This document shows, piece after piece, positions 11,640 to 21,000 of a DNA stretch of 64,000 bases. Source of the DNA: Myxococcota bacterium (lineage in GTDB: Bacteria > Myxococcota_A > UBA9042 > PHBI01 > JAWLBL01); assembly GCA_041687695.1 (NCBI GenBank), contig JAWLBL010000012.1, positions 92,060 through 156,059 of the forward strand. The letters run 5' to 3'. Every line of letters begins with the position of its first letter. The first letter of the stretch is position 1. The notes under the pieces were generated by a model. It ran no database searches, was not told where the DNA came from, and was given only the letters and a program-made list of their open reading frames with translations. A program made the translations under genes and the position numbers.

Positions 11640-11767
11640 GGCGGGACCTCGTGCGGCTTGGGGGGCATGGGGTCGGGATGAGGAGGCCCCGCCCCCGCCC
11701 GGCGGCTGAGGAGGGGAGCGCGTCGCCGGAGCGGGGCGGGGCCGAGGGGGTGGTCGAAGCGTCTGGA

Positions 11768-12463
11768 CTACAGGTGCTGGCGCTTGCCCTCACCACCGCC
11801 GCCGCGGCGGCCCTTGAAGTCCTTGCGGGCGGCCTCGAAGGCGTCCTTGCACGGGGCCGAGACCTGGTCGCGCTTTTCCTTCATGCACTTGAAGGCCTCG
11901 CGGCCCTCGAGCCCGGGGCACAGCTTCGCGACGTCGGCCTCGCAAGCGGTCTTGACCGCCTCGAAGCGCGCGCCGTCGAACTTGCCGTGCCGACCGCGCT
12001 TGCCGCGCTTGCCCTTCATGCCCTTGTGGCCGCGGAAGTCCTTGCGCAGCTCCTTCATCTTCGCGCGCTGCTCGGGGGTGAGCAGCTGGGCGACCTGCAG
12101 CTTCGAGGTCATGCGGGCCTTGTCCATCTCGGTCTCGAGGTTGCCGAGCGCCTCGACGTAGCCGAGGACCTTGGCCTGGTCGGGCCGGTCGGTCTCGAGC
12201 AGCGCGCGCAGCTCGCCGCCGACCTTCTGCTTCTCGGTGCGCAGCGCCTCGAGGTGGGTCCGGGTGCCCTCGAGCACCTGCTGGATCGACGCGCGCTGCT
12301 TGGCGTCGACGCCCAGCTCGTCGAACATCTCGATGCGCGGGGCCCGATCGTGGTGCCCATCGTGATGGCGATCGCGGTGGCCCGGCTTGGCCGAGGCGGT
12401 CGCGGCGAGGCCCACGGTGGCCAGGACCGCGGCGGCGGCGAACAGTGCAACCAGCTTCTTCAT
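11768..12463 (-). CDS. Spy/CpxP family periplasmic protein with a C-terminal 4-Cys module
   Basis: Signal peptide MKKLVALFAAAAVLA; LLTPEQR (LTxxQ); C-x7-C-x10-C-x11-C tail; GGAG SD before ATG 12463. Confidence 0.8.
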   Translation of the reverse strand: MKKLVALFAAAAVLATVGLAATASAKPGHRDRHHDGHHDRAPRIEMFDELGVDAKQRASIQQVLEGTRTHLEALRTEKQKVGGELRALLETDRPDQAKVLGYVEALGNLETEMDKARMTSKLQVAQLLTPEQRAKMKELRKDFRGHKGMKGKRGKRGRHGKFDGARFEAVKTACEADVAKLCPGLEGREAFKCMKEKRDQVSAPCKDAFEAARKDFKGRRGGGGEGKRQHL

Positions 12464-12536
12464 GGGGGACTCCTTCCCGTCGTGCGGGGGGTGGGGAGGG
12501 CCGCGGCGGGGGATCGCCGCGTCGCTCGGAGGGTGA

Positions 12537-12563
12537 GACACGCCGGGCGGAGAGGCGGTTGAC
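12537..12563 (-). promoter_or_regulatory. Putative ECF sigma promoter GTCAACC-N15-GTGTC
   Basis: Exact motif upstream of the spy-macAB-tolC genes. Confidence 0.75.
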
Positions 12564-12631
12564 AGGGAGAGGTGAAAAAAAGGAGGGGACGTGTGCGGGG
12601 TGGGTGAGCGGGTTGGGCGCTTGGGTGGTGC

Positions 12632-12956
12632 CCCCCTCGCGGAGATGACCAGGATGATTGCGAGGGGGTCCCGACCCCCTCGCGGAGATGACCAGGATGA
12701 TTGCGAGGGGGTCCCGACCCCCTCGCGGAGATGACCAGGATGATTGCGAGGGAGTCCCGACCCCCTCACGGAGATGACCAGGATGATTGCGAGGGGGGGC
12801 TGACCCCCTCGCGGAGATGACCAGGATGATTGCGAGGGGGGGCTGACCCCCTCGCGGAGATGACCAGGATGATTGCGAGGGGGTCCCGACCCCCTCGCGG
12901 AGATGACCAGGATGATTGCGAGGGGGGGGCTGACCCCTCGCGGAGATGACCAGGAT
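12632..12956. repeat. Tandem array of about 7.5 x 43 bp; each unit is a hairpin
   Basis: Unit CCCCCTCGCGGAGATGACCAGGATGATTGCGAGGGGG + TCCCGA or GGCTGA; starts at 12632, 12675, 12718, 12761, 12804, 12847, 12890, ~12934. Confidence 0.95.
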
Positions 12957-12966
12957 GGATGTTGGC

Positions 12967-13302
12967 GGCGGCGGCTGGGATCGCAGGCTTCCAGCCGGCC
13001 GGGGCTCGGGGATGGTCGCGGGCGGCGGCTGGGATCGCCGGCTTCCAGCCGGCCGGGGTTCGGGGATGGTCGCGGGCGGCGGCTGGGATCGCCGGCTTCC
13101 AGCCGGCCGGGGCTCGGGGATGGTCGCGGGCGGGGGCTGGGATCGCCGGCTTCCAGCCGGCCAGGGTTCGGGGATGGTCGCGGGCGGCGGCTGGGATCGC
13201 CGGCTTCCAGCCGGCCGGGGTTCGGGGATGGTCGCGGGCGGGGGCTGGGATCGCCGGCTTCCAGCCGGCCGGGGTTCGGGGATGGTCGCGGGCGGGGGCT
13301 GG
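12967..13302. repeat. Tandem array of 6+ x 54 bp with REP-like core GGGATCGCCGGCTTCCAGCCGGC
   Basis: Units start at 12967, 13021, 13075, 13129, 13183, 13237; hairpin GCCGGC-TTCCA-GCCGGC. Confidence 0.95.
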
Positions 13303-13488
13303 GGGCGGGAGGGGGGCGGGTTGAGGTTGGTCGCGGCGCGGTAGCCTCCGCTTCGGCCGGCCTCAAGGGATTTGTCCCCCTTGGCCGGCCGGGCGGCCGG
13401 CCAATTCCTCGCGGACGACAAATCCCTTGACCCCGGCCTACGCTGCGGCTGGGAGGCCGATACCGGCCCGGACGGGGGCGTCCGGGCC

Positions 13489-13652
13489 GCTGCGCGTCCC
13501 GAGACGCGGACGTGGTCGCTGGGTGCTGGGGATTCGAGGGGGCGCTGCGCGTCCTGCGACGCGGACGCGGTCGCTGGGTGCAGGGGTGGGCGGGGGCTGC
13601 GCGTCCCGCGACGCGGACTCGGTCGCCGGGTGCGGGGATGGGCGGGGGCTGC
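13489..13652. repeat. Degenerate tandem repeat, 3 x 52-55 bp, with CGCGTC-N4-GACGCG palindrome
   Basis: GCTGCGCGTCC at 13489, 13544 and 13596. Confidence 0.8.
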
Positions 13653-13896
13653 AGGTGGATGCTGAAGAGCCCTGAGGTTGCCAGCGGTTTAGAAGCCGCG
13701 GGGCCGTTCGCGGCCGAAGGCCGCTCTGGACCGCGCCGGCCATGCCGGCGCTATGGACCGCGCCACGGGGGCTGCGCCCCCGAGCCCCGCGGTGAGGCGT
13801 CGGCTGCGCCGACGCGACGGTTCCGGCGCTTTCGAGGCGGGGACCGCGAGCCCAGGCTTCTGGGTCAGAGGAGGCGGGCAGCAGACCGGGCCGCCT

Positions 13897-14104
13897 TCCC
13901 GGGGCGGAACTCGGTCGCCGTCCCGGGGCGGAAGTCGGTCGTCGTCCCGGGGCGGAAGCCCGTCGCCGTCCCGGGGTGGAGGTCGGTCGTCCCGTTGCGG
14001 ACACCCACAGCCGGTCGTCGTCCCGGGCGGGTCGCCGTCCCGGGGCGGAGGTCGGTCGCCGTCCCGGGGCGGAACTCCCTGGTCGGGTCGTCGTCCCGGG
14101 GCGG
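13897..14104. repeat. Degenerate ~24-bp tandem repeats (TCCCGGGGCGGAxxTCGGTCGyCG)
   Basis: About 8 imperfect copies. Confidence 0.8.
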
Positions 14105-14363
14105 GAGCCGGGACGGAAAATCGACATCTGGACGGGCCGGAGGGGCGAATAGTTGTTGACGGATTTCCGGGGCCTTTGGCGGCCGATCGGGGGTGCGGGT
14201 CGGACGAGCGCTGGGAGGGGCCGCTGAGGGGTCCTGGCGGCGTTGATCAGGAGGAAGGGTCGTCGCGAGATGTCCGAAAGGCCTGAACGGCCGTACAGGG
14301 GCTGCTACGAGGGGGCGGGGACCCCCGTGCTATACTGCCGTCACTCGATGGGAGGGCTGCGGG

Positions 14364-15569
14364 ATGTGCAAGGGGCTGGAAGTGCTGGGGAAGTTGTCCG
14401 ACGAGGGGCTGGTCGAGCGGGTCGGTGAGCTGGTGGCGTTGGAGCGACGGACGACCGCCAACCTGGTCGTGCTGTTGGCCGAGGTGGCCGGGCGGGAGCT
14501 GCATCTGAAGGACGGGAGCCCGTCGCTGTTCGAGTGGTGCCGGACGAGATGGGGCTTCGGGGAGGACAAGGCCTACAACTATGTGAAGGCCGTGGAGTGG
14601 GTGAGGCGGTGGCCCGAGATGAGGGCGATGCTGGCCGACGGGCGGCTCAGCTTGAGCGCGATGCGGGTGATTGGGCCTCATCTGGACGAGGGGAACGCCC
14701 GGGAGCGGCTGGCCGAGGCGGCTGGGAAGAGCAAGCGGGAGCTGGCCGAGTTGGTCGCCAGGTGGGGCCCACGGCCGGATGTGCCGACGCGCATCGTGAG
14801 GCTCCCTCCGCCCCGGGGCGGCAAGGACGGGGCCGCGAAGCAGAGCCGGGGCGAGGAGGCCTCAACGACCGGCCTGTCGCTGGAGCCGCCCAGGCCCAAA
14901 GCTCGGGTCGAGCCGCTGTCGGAGGCGCGGTATCGCGTTCAGGTCACCGTCGGCGCCCGGATCGCCGCCAAGCTGGAAGAGGCGATGGCGATCGCCGGGC
15001 ATCAGGTCGCGGCTGGAGACTACGAGTCGCTGCTGGAGATGGCCCTGGATCTCTTCCTGGCCGCGAAGAAGAAGCAGCGGTTCGGGGTCGGAGCCAAGCC
15101 GAGAGCCAAGAAGGCCGTGAAGGAGCCGCAGTCCGTCGAGAGAGCCGGAGCGTCGGTCGAGCAGGCCGGAGGGTCGGTCGAGCAGGCTGAAGCGTCGATC
15201 GGACAGGCCAGAGGGTCGGTCGGACAGGCCGGAGCGTCGGTCGGACAGGCCAGAGGGTCGGTCGGACAGGCTGGTGGACGGAGCCGGGCCATTCCGGCGG
15301 ACATCAAGCGGGCCGTGGTCGAGCGGGACGGGCTGCGGTGCACCTTCGAGGGGCCCTCGGGGCGGTGCGGTGAGACGCGGCGGCTGGAGCTGCACCATGT
15401 GGAGGCCTTCGCCAGGGGCGGGGCGCACTCGGTGGACAACCTGCGGGTCGTCTGCTCGAGCCACAACCAGTCAATGGCCCGGCAGGAGCTGGGGGGCGGG
15501 TTCGTGGCTCGGAAGATCGGGGAGCGGCGGGCGCGCGGAGCTCCGCCCCGGGGCGAAGCGGAGGCATGA
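14364..15569 (+). CDS. HNH endonuclease with a DUF222-like N-terminal region
   Basis: C-terminal RAIPADIKRAVVERDGLRC..LELHHVEAFARGGAHSVDNLRVVCSSHN; N-terminal SLFEWCRTRWGFGEDKAY..LADGRLSLS. Confidence 0.85.
   Translation: MCKGLEVLGKLSDEGLVERVGELVALERRTTANLVVLLAEVAGRELHLKDGSPSLFEWCRTRWGFGEDKAYNYVKAVEWVRRWPEMRAMLADGRLSLSAMRVIGPHLDEGNARERLAEAAGKSKRELAELVARWGPRPDVPTRIVRLPPPRGGKDGAAKQSRGEEASTTGLSLEPPRPKARVEPLSEARYRVQVTVGARIAAKLEEAMAIAGHQVAAGDYESLLEMALDLFLAAKKKQRFGVGAKPRAKKAVKEPQSVERAGASVEQAGGSVEQAEASIGQARGSVGQAGASVGQARGSVGQAGGRSRAIPADIKRAVVERDGLRCTFEGPSGRCGETRRLELHHVEAFARGGAHSVDNLRVVCSSHNQSMARQELGGGFVARKIGERRARGAPPRGEAEA
15132..15278 (+). repeat. Intragenic 7 x 21-bp repeat encoding SVEQAGA-like heptads
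   Basis: TCGGTCGAGCAGGCCGGAGSG-type units in the HNH gene linker. Confidence 0.9.
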
Positions 15570-15616
15570 AAAAGGCCCGCAACGCGCCGGGGGAGAGGGC
15601 GAGCGCGTTGCGGGCC
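15569..15616 (-). terminator. Rho-independent terminator of the sigma/anti-sigma/spy operon
   Basis: 14-bp stem GGCCCGCAACGCGC/GCGCGTTGCGGGCC followed by TTTTT on the minus strand. Confidence 0.75.
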
Positions 15617-15679
15617 GGGGTGGCCGCGACGTAGGCCGGACGAGGGGGGCCGCCCGGGGTCGCGGGGGCTGGAGGTGGG

Positions 15680-16351
15680 TCAGGGGGCCTGGAAGGCGGG
15701 GCGGCGGTGGGGGCCGCGGCCCTCCTTGGCGTGCTTGGAGGTGAGGAGGGCCTCCTTGCAGGCCGGGGAGACGCGGTCCTGGTGCTGGAGGATGCAGCGG
15801 AAGGCGTCGCGGGGGCCCTCGGCGCGGGGGCAGAGGGTCTGGACGTCGGGCTGGCAGGCGGCGCCGAGCTTGGGGCCGCGGTCGCGGTGGAGGGAGGCCA
15901 TCTTGGCGCGCTGGGCGGGGGTGAGGAGGGCGCGGATGCGCAGCATGGTGCGGATGCGGAGCTTGCGGGCGTCGGTCTCGAGGCGGCCGAGGGCGTCGAT
16001 GCGGGCGAGGACCTGGGCCTCGTCGGGGCTGTCCTGCTCGAGCAGCTCGCGCAGGGCGCGCCGGGCGCGGCGCTTGTCCTGCTGCAGGGCCGCGCCCTGG
16101 TCGCGGGTCTCGTCGATGACGGCCCGGACGCGGGCGCGGGTCGCCTCGTCGAGATCGAGCGCCTCGACCAGCTCGAGCTCGCGCGCCTCGGGGCCCTTGT
16201 GGCCTCTGGGGCCGCGGGGGCCGCGGTGGGGGGGGCCGTCGCCGCGTTCGGCGAGGTGAACGCCCGGCTCGGCCAGCCCGACGGTCGGCGCGAAGAGCGC
16301 GACCGCCGTCCCGAGGATGCTCAGCACCAGCGCGGTGATGATGGCCTTCAT
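15680..16351 (-). CDS. Second Spy/CpxP-like protein with a C-terminal 4-Cys module
   Basis: Signal peptide; LLTPAQR; C-x7-C-x11-C-x11-C tail; paralog of 11768-12463. Confidence 0.8.
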   Translation of the reverse strand: MKAIITALVLSILGTAVALFAPTVGLAEPGVHLAERGDGPPHRGPRGPRGHKGPEARELELVEALDLDEATRARVRAVIDETRDQGAALQQDKRRARRALRELLEQDSPDEAQVLARIDALGRLETDARKLRIRTMLRIRALLTPAQRAKMASLHRDRGPKLGAACQPDVQTLCPRAEGPRDAFRCILQHQDRVSPACKEALLTSKHAKEGRGPHRRPAFQAP

Positions 16352-16399
16352 GTCCCTGCTCCTTCATCCGTCCCGCCGCTGGGCGGGCTCACTGTCTTG

Positions 16400-16426
16400 G
16401 ACACCTGCGGGGCGGCCCCGGTTGAC
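16400..16426 (-). promoter_or_regulatory. Putative internal ECF sigma promoter GTCAACC-N15-GTGTC
   Basis: Exact motif between the anti-sigma gene and spy. Confidence 0.7.
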
Positions 16427-16435
16427 ACCGGCCGG

Positions 16436-16861
16436 TCAGAAATCGAGGAAGGCGTCGGCGAGGGCCACGTACTCGTCCGGCAGGAAGGCCTCGTCGCGCA
16501 CCGCCTCGGACTCGTCGAGGTCGGTCGACAGGAGCAGCTCCTCCTCCCAGGGCACCGCCAGGTCGTCGGTCAGGGCCGCCACCGTCAGCTCGGTGACGGG
16601 CGGCGCCACCGGGGCCGTGTTGCCGAAGACGAGGACCGCCGCCAGGGCCGCCGAGGCCGCCGCCGCCAGACCCGACCAGGCCCAGCGCCGGCCGGTGGCC
16701 GCCTGGGTGCGCGCCTCGATGGCCCGGCGCATGGCCGCGCGCTCGCCCGAGGTCAGCGGCACCGGGCGCCACGCCTGGTCGATGGCGCGGACGAGGCGGG
16801 CGTCGGCCGCGTCGGTCGCGATGGGATCGATGGGGGCCTTCGGGGCGTCGTGGGGCTTCAT
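16436..16861 (-). CDS. Putative single-TM anti-sigma factor
   Basis: ATGA overlap with the sigma stop; one TM (WAWSGLAAAASAALAAVLVFG); short acidic C-terminal tail. Confidence 0.7.
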   Translation of the reverse strand: MKPHDAPKAPIDPIATDAADARLVRAIDQAWRPVPLTSGERAAMRRAIEARTQAATGRRWAWSGLAAAASAALAAVLVFGNTAPVAPPVTELTVAALTDDLAVPWEEELLLSTDLDESEAVRDEAFLPDEYVALADAFLDF

Positions 16862-17478
16862 GCTGCGTCCTCCGTCGTCGAGGGCGGGGTCGAGGGGGCG
16901 TCGGGGCGGTCGGACAGGTCGGCGAGCGAGGCGCGCAGGGCCTTGAGGGCCCGGTGCAGGTGCGTCTTGATGGTGCCCTCGGACTTGCCGAGCAGCTCGG
17001 CCGTCTCGCGCACCGTGAAGCCCTCGAGGTGCACCAGCACGAAGACCTCGCGCTGGCCGGCGCCGAGGGCGTCGACGGCGCGGCCGATGCGGTCGCGCAG
17101 GCCCGGGTCGCCGACCGGGCGGCCGCCTTCGGGCGCGTCCTCGCGGCTCCACAGGCCGTGCCAGACGTCGCGCACCTTGCGCCAGCGCCGGTAGTTGTGC
17201 GCCTCGTTGACGACGATGCGGTACAGCCAGGTGTCGGCGCGGGCCTCGCCGCGGAAGCGGTCCCAGGCCTTGAAGGCCTTGACGAAGGCGTTCTGCACGA
17301 CGTCCTCGGCCGCGGCCTCGTCGCCGCCGGTGAGGCGCCACGCCATGCGCCGGGCGCGCTCGACGTTGGCCTCGAAGAACGCGCCGAAGGCCGCCTCGGC
17401 GGTCCGGTCGGCGCGGGACGCCGGGACCTCCATGGTGGGGCCGGGTTCGGCGGGTCGTTCGAGCGTGGCGGGCTTCAT
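16858..17478 (-). CDS. ECF-type RNA polymerase sigma factor
   Basis: AEDVVQNAFVKA, TWLYRIVVN, REVFVLVHLEG..ETAELLGKSEGTIKTHLHRA. Confidence 0.95.
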   Translation of the reverse strand: MKPATLERPAEPGPTMEVPASRADRTAEAAFGAFFEANVERARRMAWRLTGGDEAAAEDVVQNAFVKAFKAWDRFRGEARADTWLYRIVVNEAHNYRRWRKVRDVWHGLWSREDAPEGGRPVGDPGLRDRIGRAVDALGAGQREVFVLVHLEGFTVRETAELLGKSEGTIKTHLHRALKALRASLADLSDRPDAPSTPPSTTEDAA

Positions 17479-17510
17479 GAGGGGGTCCGTCTCTCCTGTC
17501 GCTCCGGTTC

Positions 17511-17537
17511 GACACCCGGGTGGGCGACCCGGTTGAC
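17511..17537 (-). promoter_or_regulatory. Putative autoregulatory ECF promoter GTCAACC-N15-GTGTC
   Basis: Exact motif 32 nt upstream of the sigma ATG. Confidence 0.8.
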
Positions 17538-17733
17538 AGCGCTGCCCGAAAAAAGCGTCGCCCTCGCTCGTGGCGGGGCCGAGGAGAGCCTACTCGGAGG
17601 CCGAGAGCAACACGTTCCCGCGCGGGGCCGTTCCCGGGCGGCCGTCGCCCTGTCGAGCGGCCAGTTGACGGAGCGCCGCGTAGGCCCGCAAGCTCGCGCC
17701 GCCCCGACGTCCAACGCAACGCCCCGGAGCCTC

Positions 17734-18183
17734 GTGACCTCGCCCACCGTCGTCCTCGCGTTCTTCGTCTCCTGGTGGCCGCTGTCGACCTGCGGCGAGC
17801 GCGCGCGGCCCCCCTCGGCCGCCGTCGGCGAGCGGCCCGAGCGCCCCGACGAGGTGCGCTTCGAGGGGCGCGTGTGGCGCGCCGGCGACCGCGTCCAGCT
17901 GGCCAGCCGCGCCGGCACCTTCAAGCCCGCCGACACGGGCTACGCCATCGAGGTCGTGGCGGGCCCCGGGCAGGTCGGCACCCTCCTGTACGGCGAGCGC
18001 CGCCAGCCGATGCCCCACTTCACCCCCGACCCGGACGAGCCCATCCAGATCGTCCGCGTCCGCTGGGACGCGCAGTCCTGGACGCCCGCGCCGCAGCTGG
18101 GCGCGCCCGAGCGCCCCGGGCCGCCGGTGCGGCTCGAGGCGTTCGAGGCGACCGTGCACCTGTCCTACCTGCGCAAGCCCTGA
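17734..18183 (+). CDS. Hypothetical protein
   Basis: High-GC3 frame, hydrophobic N-terminus; GTG start inferred. Confidence 0.55.
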   Translation: MTSPTVVLAFFVSWWPLSTCGERARPPSAAVGERPERPDEVRFEGRVWRAGDRVQLASRAGTFKPADTGYAIEVVAGPGQVGTLLYGERRQPMPHFTPDPDEPIQIVRVRWDAQSWTPAPQLGAPERPGPPVRLEAFEATVHLSYLRKP

Positions 18184-18254
18184 GCCCCCGTCGCGCGTGA
18201 GGCGAGCGCGCGTATCCGCTAGGCTGCGGCCCTCACGCGAGGAGGGGTCGAGTC

Positions 18255-19274
18255 ATGGTGTGGCGCTCGCTGGCGATTGGAACGCTCTTGCTCTCGGGGT
18301 GCCTCGACGCGCAGCGCGGGGCGGTGTCCACGGTGGGAGACGTCGTCGCGGACGCGGCCGGGGACGCCGCTGCGGACGCGTCGCCGGACGTCTCGCTGCG
18401 TGAGGACGTGCCCGCGACGGCCGATGTCCGCGACGTCACGGCCGACGTGCCGCCGGACCCGAACACGCTGGTGCTGGCCCCCGAGAGCCTGTCCTTCTTC
18501 TACCTGCCCATCGGCAGCGTGCGGCACGCCGTGTCCGGCTACGACCCCGCCAAGGGGCTGTGCGTGACGATGGTGTGGTGGGGGACGGCCGGCCACTGCA
18601 GCGAGGGCGGCGAGCTGCCGTACGTCATCCTGGCCGAGTCCGACGACGGGTCGTGCGGACAGTGGGAGTACGGCGGCAACGCCGAGGTGCACGAGGCGAT
18701 GGGGTGCGTGGACCTCGCGGAGGAGGGCGTCGGCCACATGGATCTGGTCGACGTCGAGCTGAAGGTCACGTCGGCCCTGTTCACGGGGCGCGTCGTCGCG
18801 GACAACCGGTCGTCCCGCAGCCCGCGGCCGGTCACCCTGGGCATCCGCTACACGACCGACATCCCCGAGGACGTGTGGGTCCAGACCTCGGACGAGCTGG
18901 GCCTGCCCACCTGGGTGCGGGTGAGGCGGGAGGGCCAGCCGGTGCAGATCTTCGATCGCTGCGACCAGATGCAGTGCGGCGAGTCGACGGGCGTGTGCGG
19001 CGCCGCGATGCCGCGGGTCGCCAACCTGACGGGCGGGCTGTACGGCGGGCGCATCGCGCTGACCTGGGACGGCTTCGTGCGCCGCGCCACGGCGGCCGGC
19101 TGCTACGAGCGCGTGCCCGCGCCGCCTGGCGCCTACGTGGCCACCTTCTGCATCGCCTGGAAGGTCGACGTCGACTTTGGCTGGCAGGGGACCGTGGTCG
19201 ATCCGTTCTGCCAGGAGGTGCCCTTCACGCTTCCGACCGACATCGTCTTCTGGGAGGCCAACTTCGGCGGCTGA
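18255..19274 (+). CDS. Hypothetical Cys-containing lipoprotein
   Basis: Lipobox LSGC; D/A-rich linker. Confidence 0.7.
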   Translation: MVWRSLAIGTLLLSGCLDAQRGAVSTVGDVVADAAGDAAADASPDVSLREDVPATADVRDVTADVPPDPNTLVLAPESLSFFYLPIGSVRHAVSGYDPAKGLCVTMVWWGTAGHCSEGGELPYVILAESDDGSCGQWEYGGNAEVHEAMGCVDLAEEGVGHMDLVDVELKVTSALFTGRVVADNRSSRSPRPVTLGIRYTTDIPEDVWVQTSDELGLPTWVRVRREGQPVQIFDRCDQMQCGESTGVCGAAMPRVANLTGGLYGGRIALTWDGFVRRATAAGCYERVPAPPGAYVATFCIAWKVDVDFGWQGTVVDPFCQEVPFTLPTDIVFWEANFGG

Positions 19275-19277
19275 AGA

Positions 19278-19309
19278 ATAACGGTTGTTGCCATTTCATA
19301 ACGCCTGTT
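19278..19309 (+). promoter_or_regulatory. Two ATAACG-N2-TGTT operator-like sites, candidate TetR operators
   Basis: AT-rich intergenic region with AAC-N4-GTT dyads 20 bp apart, upstream of the oxidoreductase-tetR operon. Confidence 0.5.
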
Positions 19310-19349
19310 CTAAACCCCTCCCCACACACGCACCTGGGGAGGAGGGGAG

Positions 19350-20999
19350 ATGAGCGACTTCGACGCGGTGATCATCGGGTCGGGGGCCGGCGGCATGGCG
19401 GCGGCCGTGGCGCTGGCCCGCGCGGGCGAGAAGGTCCTGGTCCTCGAGCAGCACGACACGCCGGGCGGCTGGTGCCACTCGTTCACGCTCGAGGGGCACA
19501 AGTTCAGCCCGGGCGTCCACTACATCGGCGAGCTGCAGCCCGGCGGGCGCATGCGCCGCATCTACGAGGGGCTGGGGGTCGGCGGCGACCTCACCTTCCT
19601 CGAGCTGGACCCGGACGGCTTCGACCGCATCCAGATAGGCGACGTCCGCTACGACATCCCGGCCGGCCGCGAGCGCTTCGCCGAGACCCTCTCGGCGCAG
19701 TTCCCCCACGAGCGCGAGGGCATCCACGCCTACCTGAGGGCCTGCCAGGGTATCGCCGACGGCCTCGCCGCCTTCGACAAGGTGCGCGGCCCCAAGGACG
19801 TCGCCGCCCTGCCCTTCAAGGCGCCCGATCTCGTGCGCTACGGCTTCATGCGCCTCGACAAGATGGTCGGCGGCTTCGTCAAGGACCCGACGGTCCGCGC
19901 CATCCTGACGATGCAGGCCGGCGACCACGGCATGCCGCCCTCGCGCTGCCGGGCGATGCTGCACTGCTCGGTGCAGTCGCACTACTTCCACGGCGGCTGG
20001 TACCCGATGGGCGGCGGCATGGCCATCCCGCGCGCCTTCCTGCGGGCCCTCAAGCGCCACGGCGGCGAGCTGCGCCTGAAGACGCGCGTGTCGCGCATCC
20101 TGGTCGAGGGCGCCGGCTCGACCCGCCGCGCCGTCGGCGTGCGCCTCGACGACGGGACCGAGATCCGGGCCAAGCGCGTCATCTCGAACGCCGACCCGGG
20201 CGTGACCTTCGGCCGCCTGGTCGACCCCGAGCACCAGAGCTGGCGGCTTCGCCGGCGCCTGGCCCGCACCACCTACGGCATCAGCGCGGTCAGCCTCTTC
20301 ATGGCGGTCGAGATGGACGCGCGCGCGGCCGGGCTGAGCTCGGCCAACCTGTGGTACGGCGCGACGCCCGACATCGACGGGATCTACCAGCTCGGGCGCG
20401 ACCGGATCCGCCCCGGCGCGGTCGAGCGCTACCCGGGCGCGTTCCTGACGGTGACCAGCCTCAAGGACCCCAGCAAGGCCAAGGGCAACCTGCACACCAT
20501 GGAGTCCTTCGCGCTGGTCGAGCACGACGCCTTCCGCCAGTGGGCCGACACGCGCTTCGGCGCGCGCCCGGACGGCTACCAGGCCTTCAAGGACGAGCTG
20601 ACGCGCGCCCACCTGCGCACCCTCGAGGACGTCGTCCCGGGGATCACCGAGCGCGTGGTCTTCAGCGATCTGGGCACGCCGCTGACCAACGTCCACTACT
20701 GCGAGGCGACCGGCGGCAGCCTGTACGGCACCGAGAAGCGGCTGCGGCAGCTCGGGCCGTTCGGCTACCCCATCCAGACCGAGATCGACGGCCTGCTGAT
20801 GTGCGGCGCCAGCACCATCGCGCACGGCGTCCTGGGGGCCACGCTCTCGGGCCTGTTCGCGGCCGGCGCGGCGCTGAAGTGCCACCCCTACAAGCTGCTC
20901 GACGCCACGGGGCCGGCCCTCGTCACCCTCCCGGCCGACCGCCCCGAGACCTGGCCGGCGGAGTACCGCCGCAAGCTCGATCGCGTGGAGGCTGCGTAG
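19350..20999 (+). CDS. Phytoene desaturase / retinol saturase-like FAD-dependent oxidoreductase
   Basis: IIGSGAGG, LEQHDTPGGWCH..FSPGVHYIG, GTPLTNVHY..GSLYG. Confidence 0.88.
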   Translation: MSDFDAVIIGSGAGGMAAAVALARAGEKVLVLEQHDTPGGWCHSFTLEGHKFSPGVHYIGELQPGGRMRRIYEGLGVGGDLTFLELDPDGFDRIQIGDVRYDIPAGRERFAETLSAQFPHEREGIHAYLRACQGIADGLAAFDKVRGPKDVAALPFKAPDLVRYGFMRLDKMVGGFVKDPTVRAILTMQAGDHGMPPSRCRAMLHCSVQSHYFHGGWYPMGGGMAIPRAFLRALKRHGGELRLKTRVSRILVEGAGSTRRAVGVRLDDGTEIRAKRVISNADPGVTFGRLVDPEHQSWRLRRRLARTTYGISAVSLFMAVEMDARAAGLSSANLWYGATPDIDGIYQLGRDRIRPGAVERYPGAFLTVTSLKDPSKAKGNLHTMESFALVEHDAFRQWADTRFGARPDGYQAFKDELTRAHLRTLEDVVPGITERVVFSDLGTPLTNVHYCEATGGSLYGTEKRLRQLGPFGYPIQTEIDGLLMCGASTIAHGVLGATLSGLFAAGAALKCHPYKLLDATGPALVTLPADRPETWPAEYRRKLDRVEAA

Positions 21000-21000
21000 C

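Noticed and set aside
12632..13302. CRISPR array
   Set aside because: The units are head-to-tail with no unique spacers, and there are no cas genes in the window
12464..13421. Long N-terminal extension of the Spy ORF (532 aa) and overlapping repeat ORFs
   Set aside because: These come from stop-free repeats; the SD, signal peptide and promoter place the start at 12463
14364..15569. IscB/Cas9-like RNA-guided nuclease
   Set aside because: No RuvC motifs or PLMP domain seen; only a C-terminal HNH
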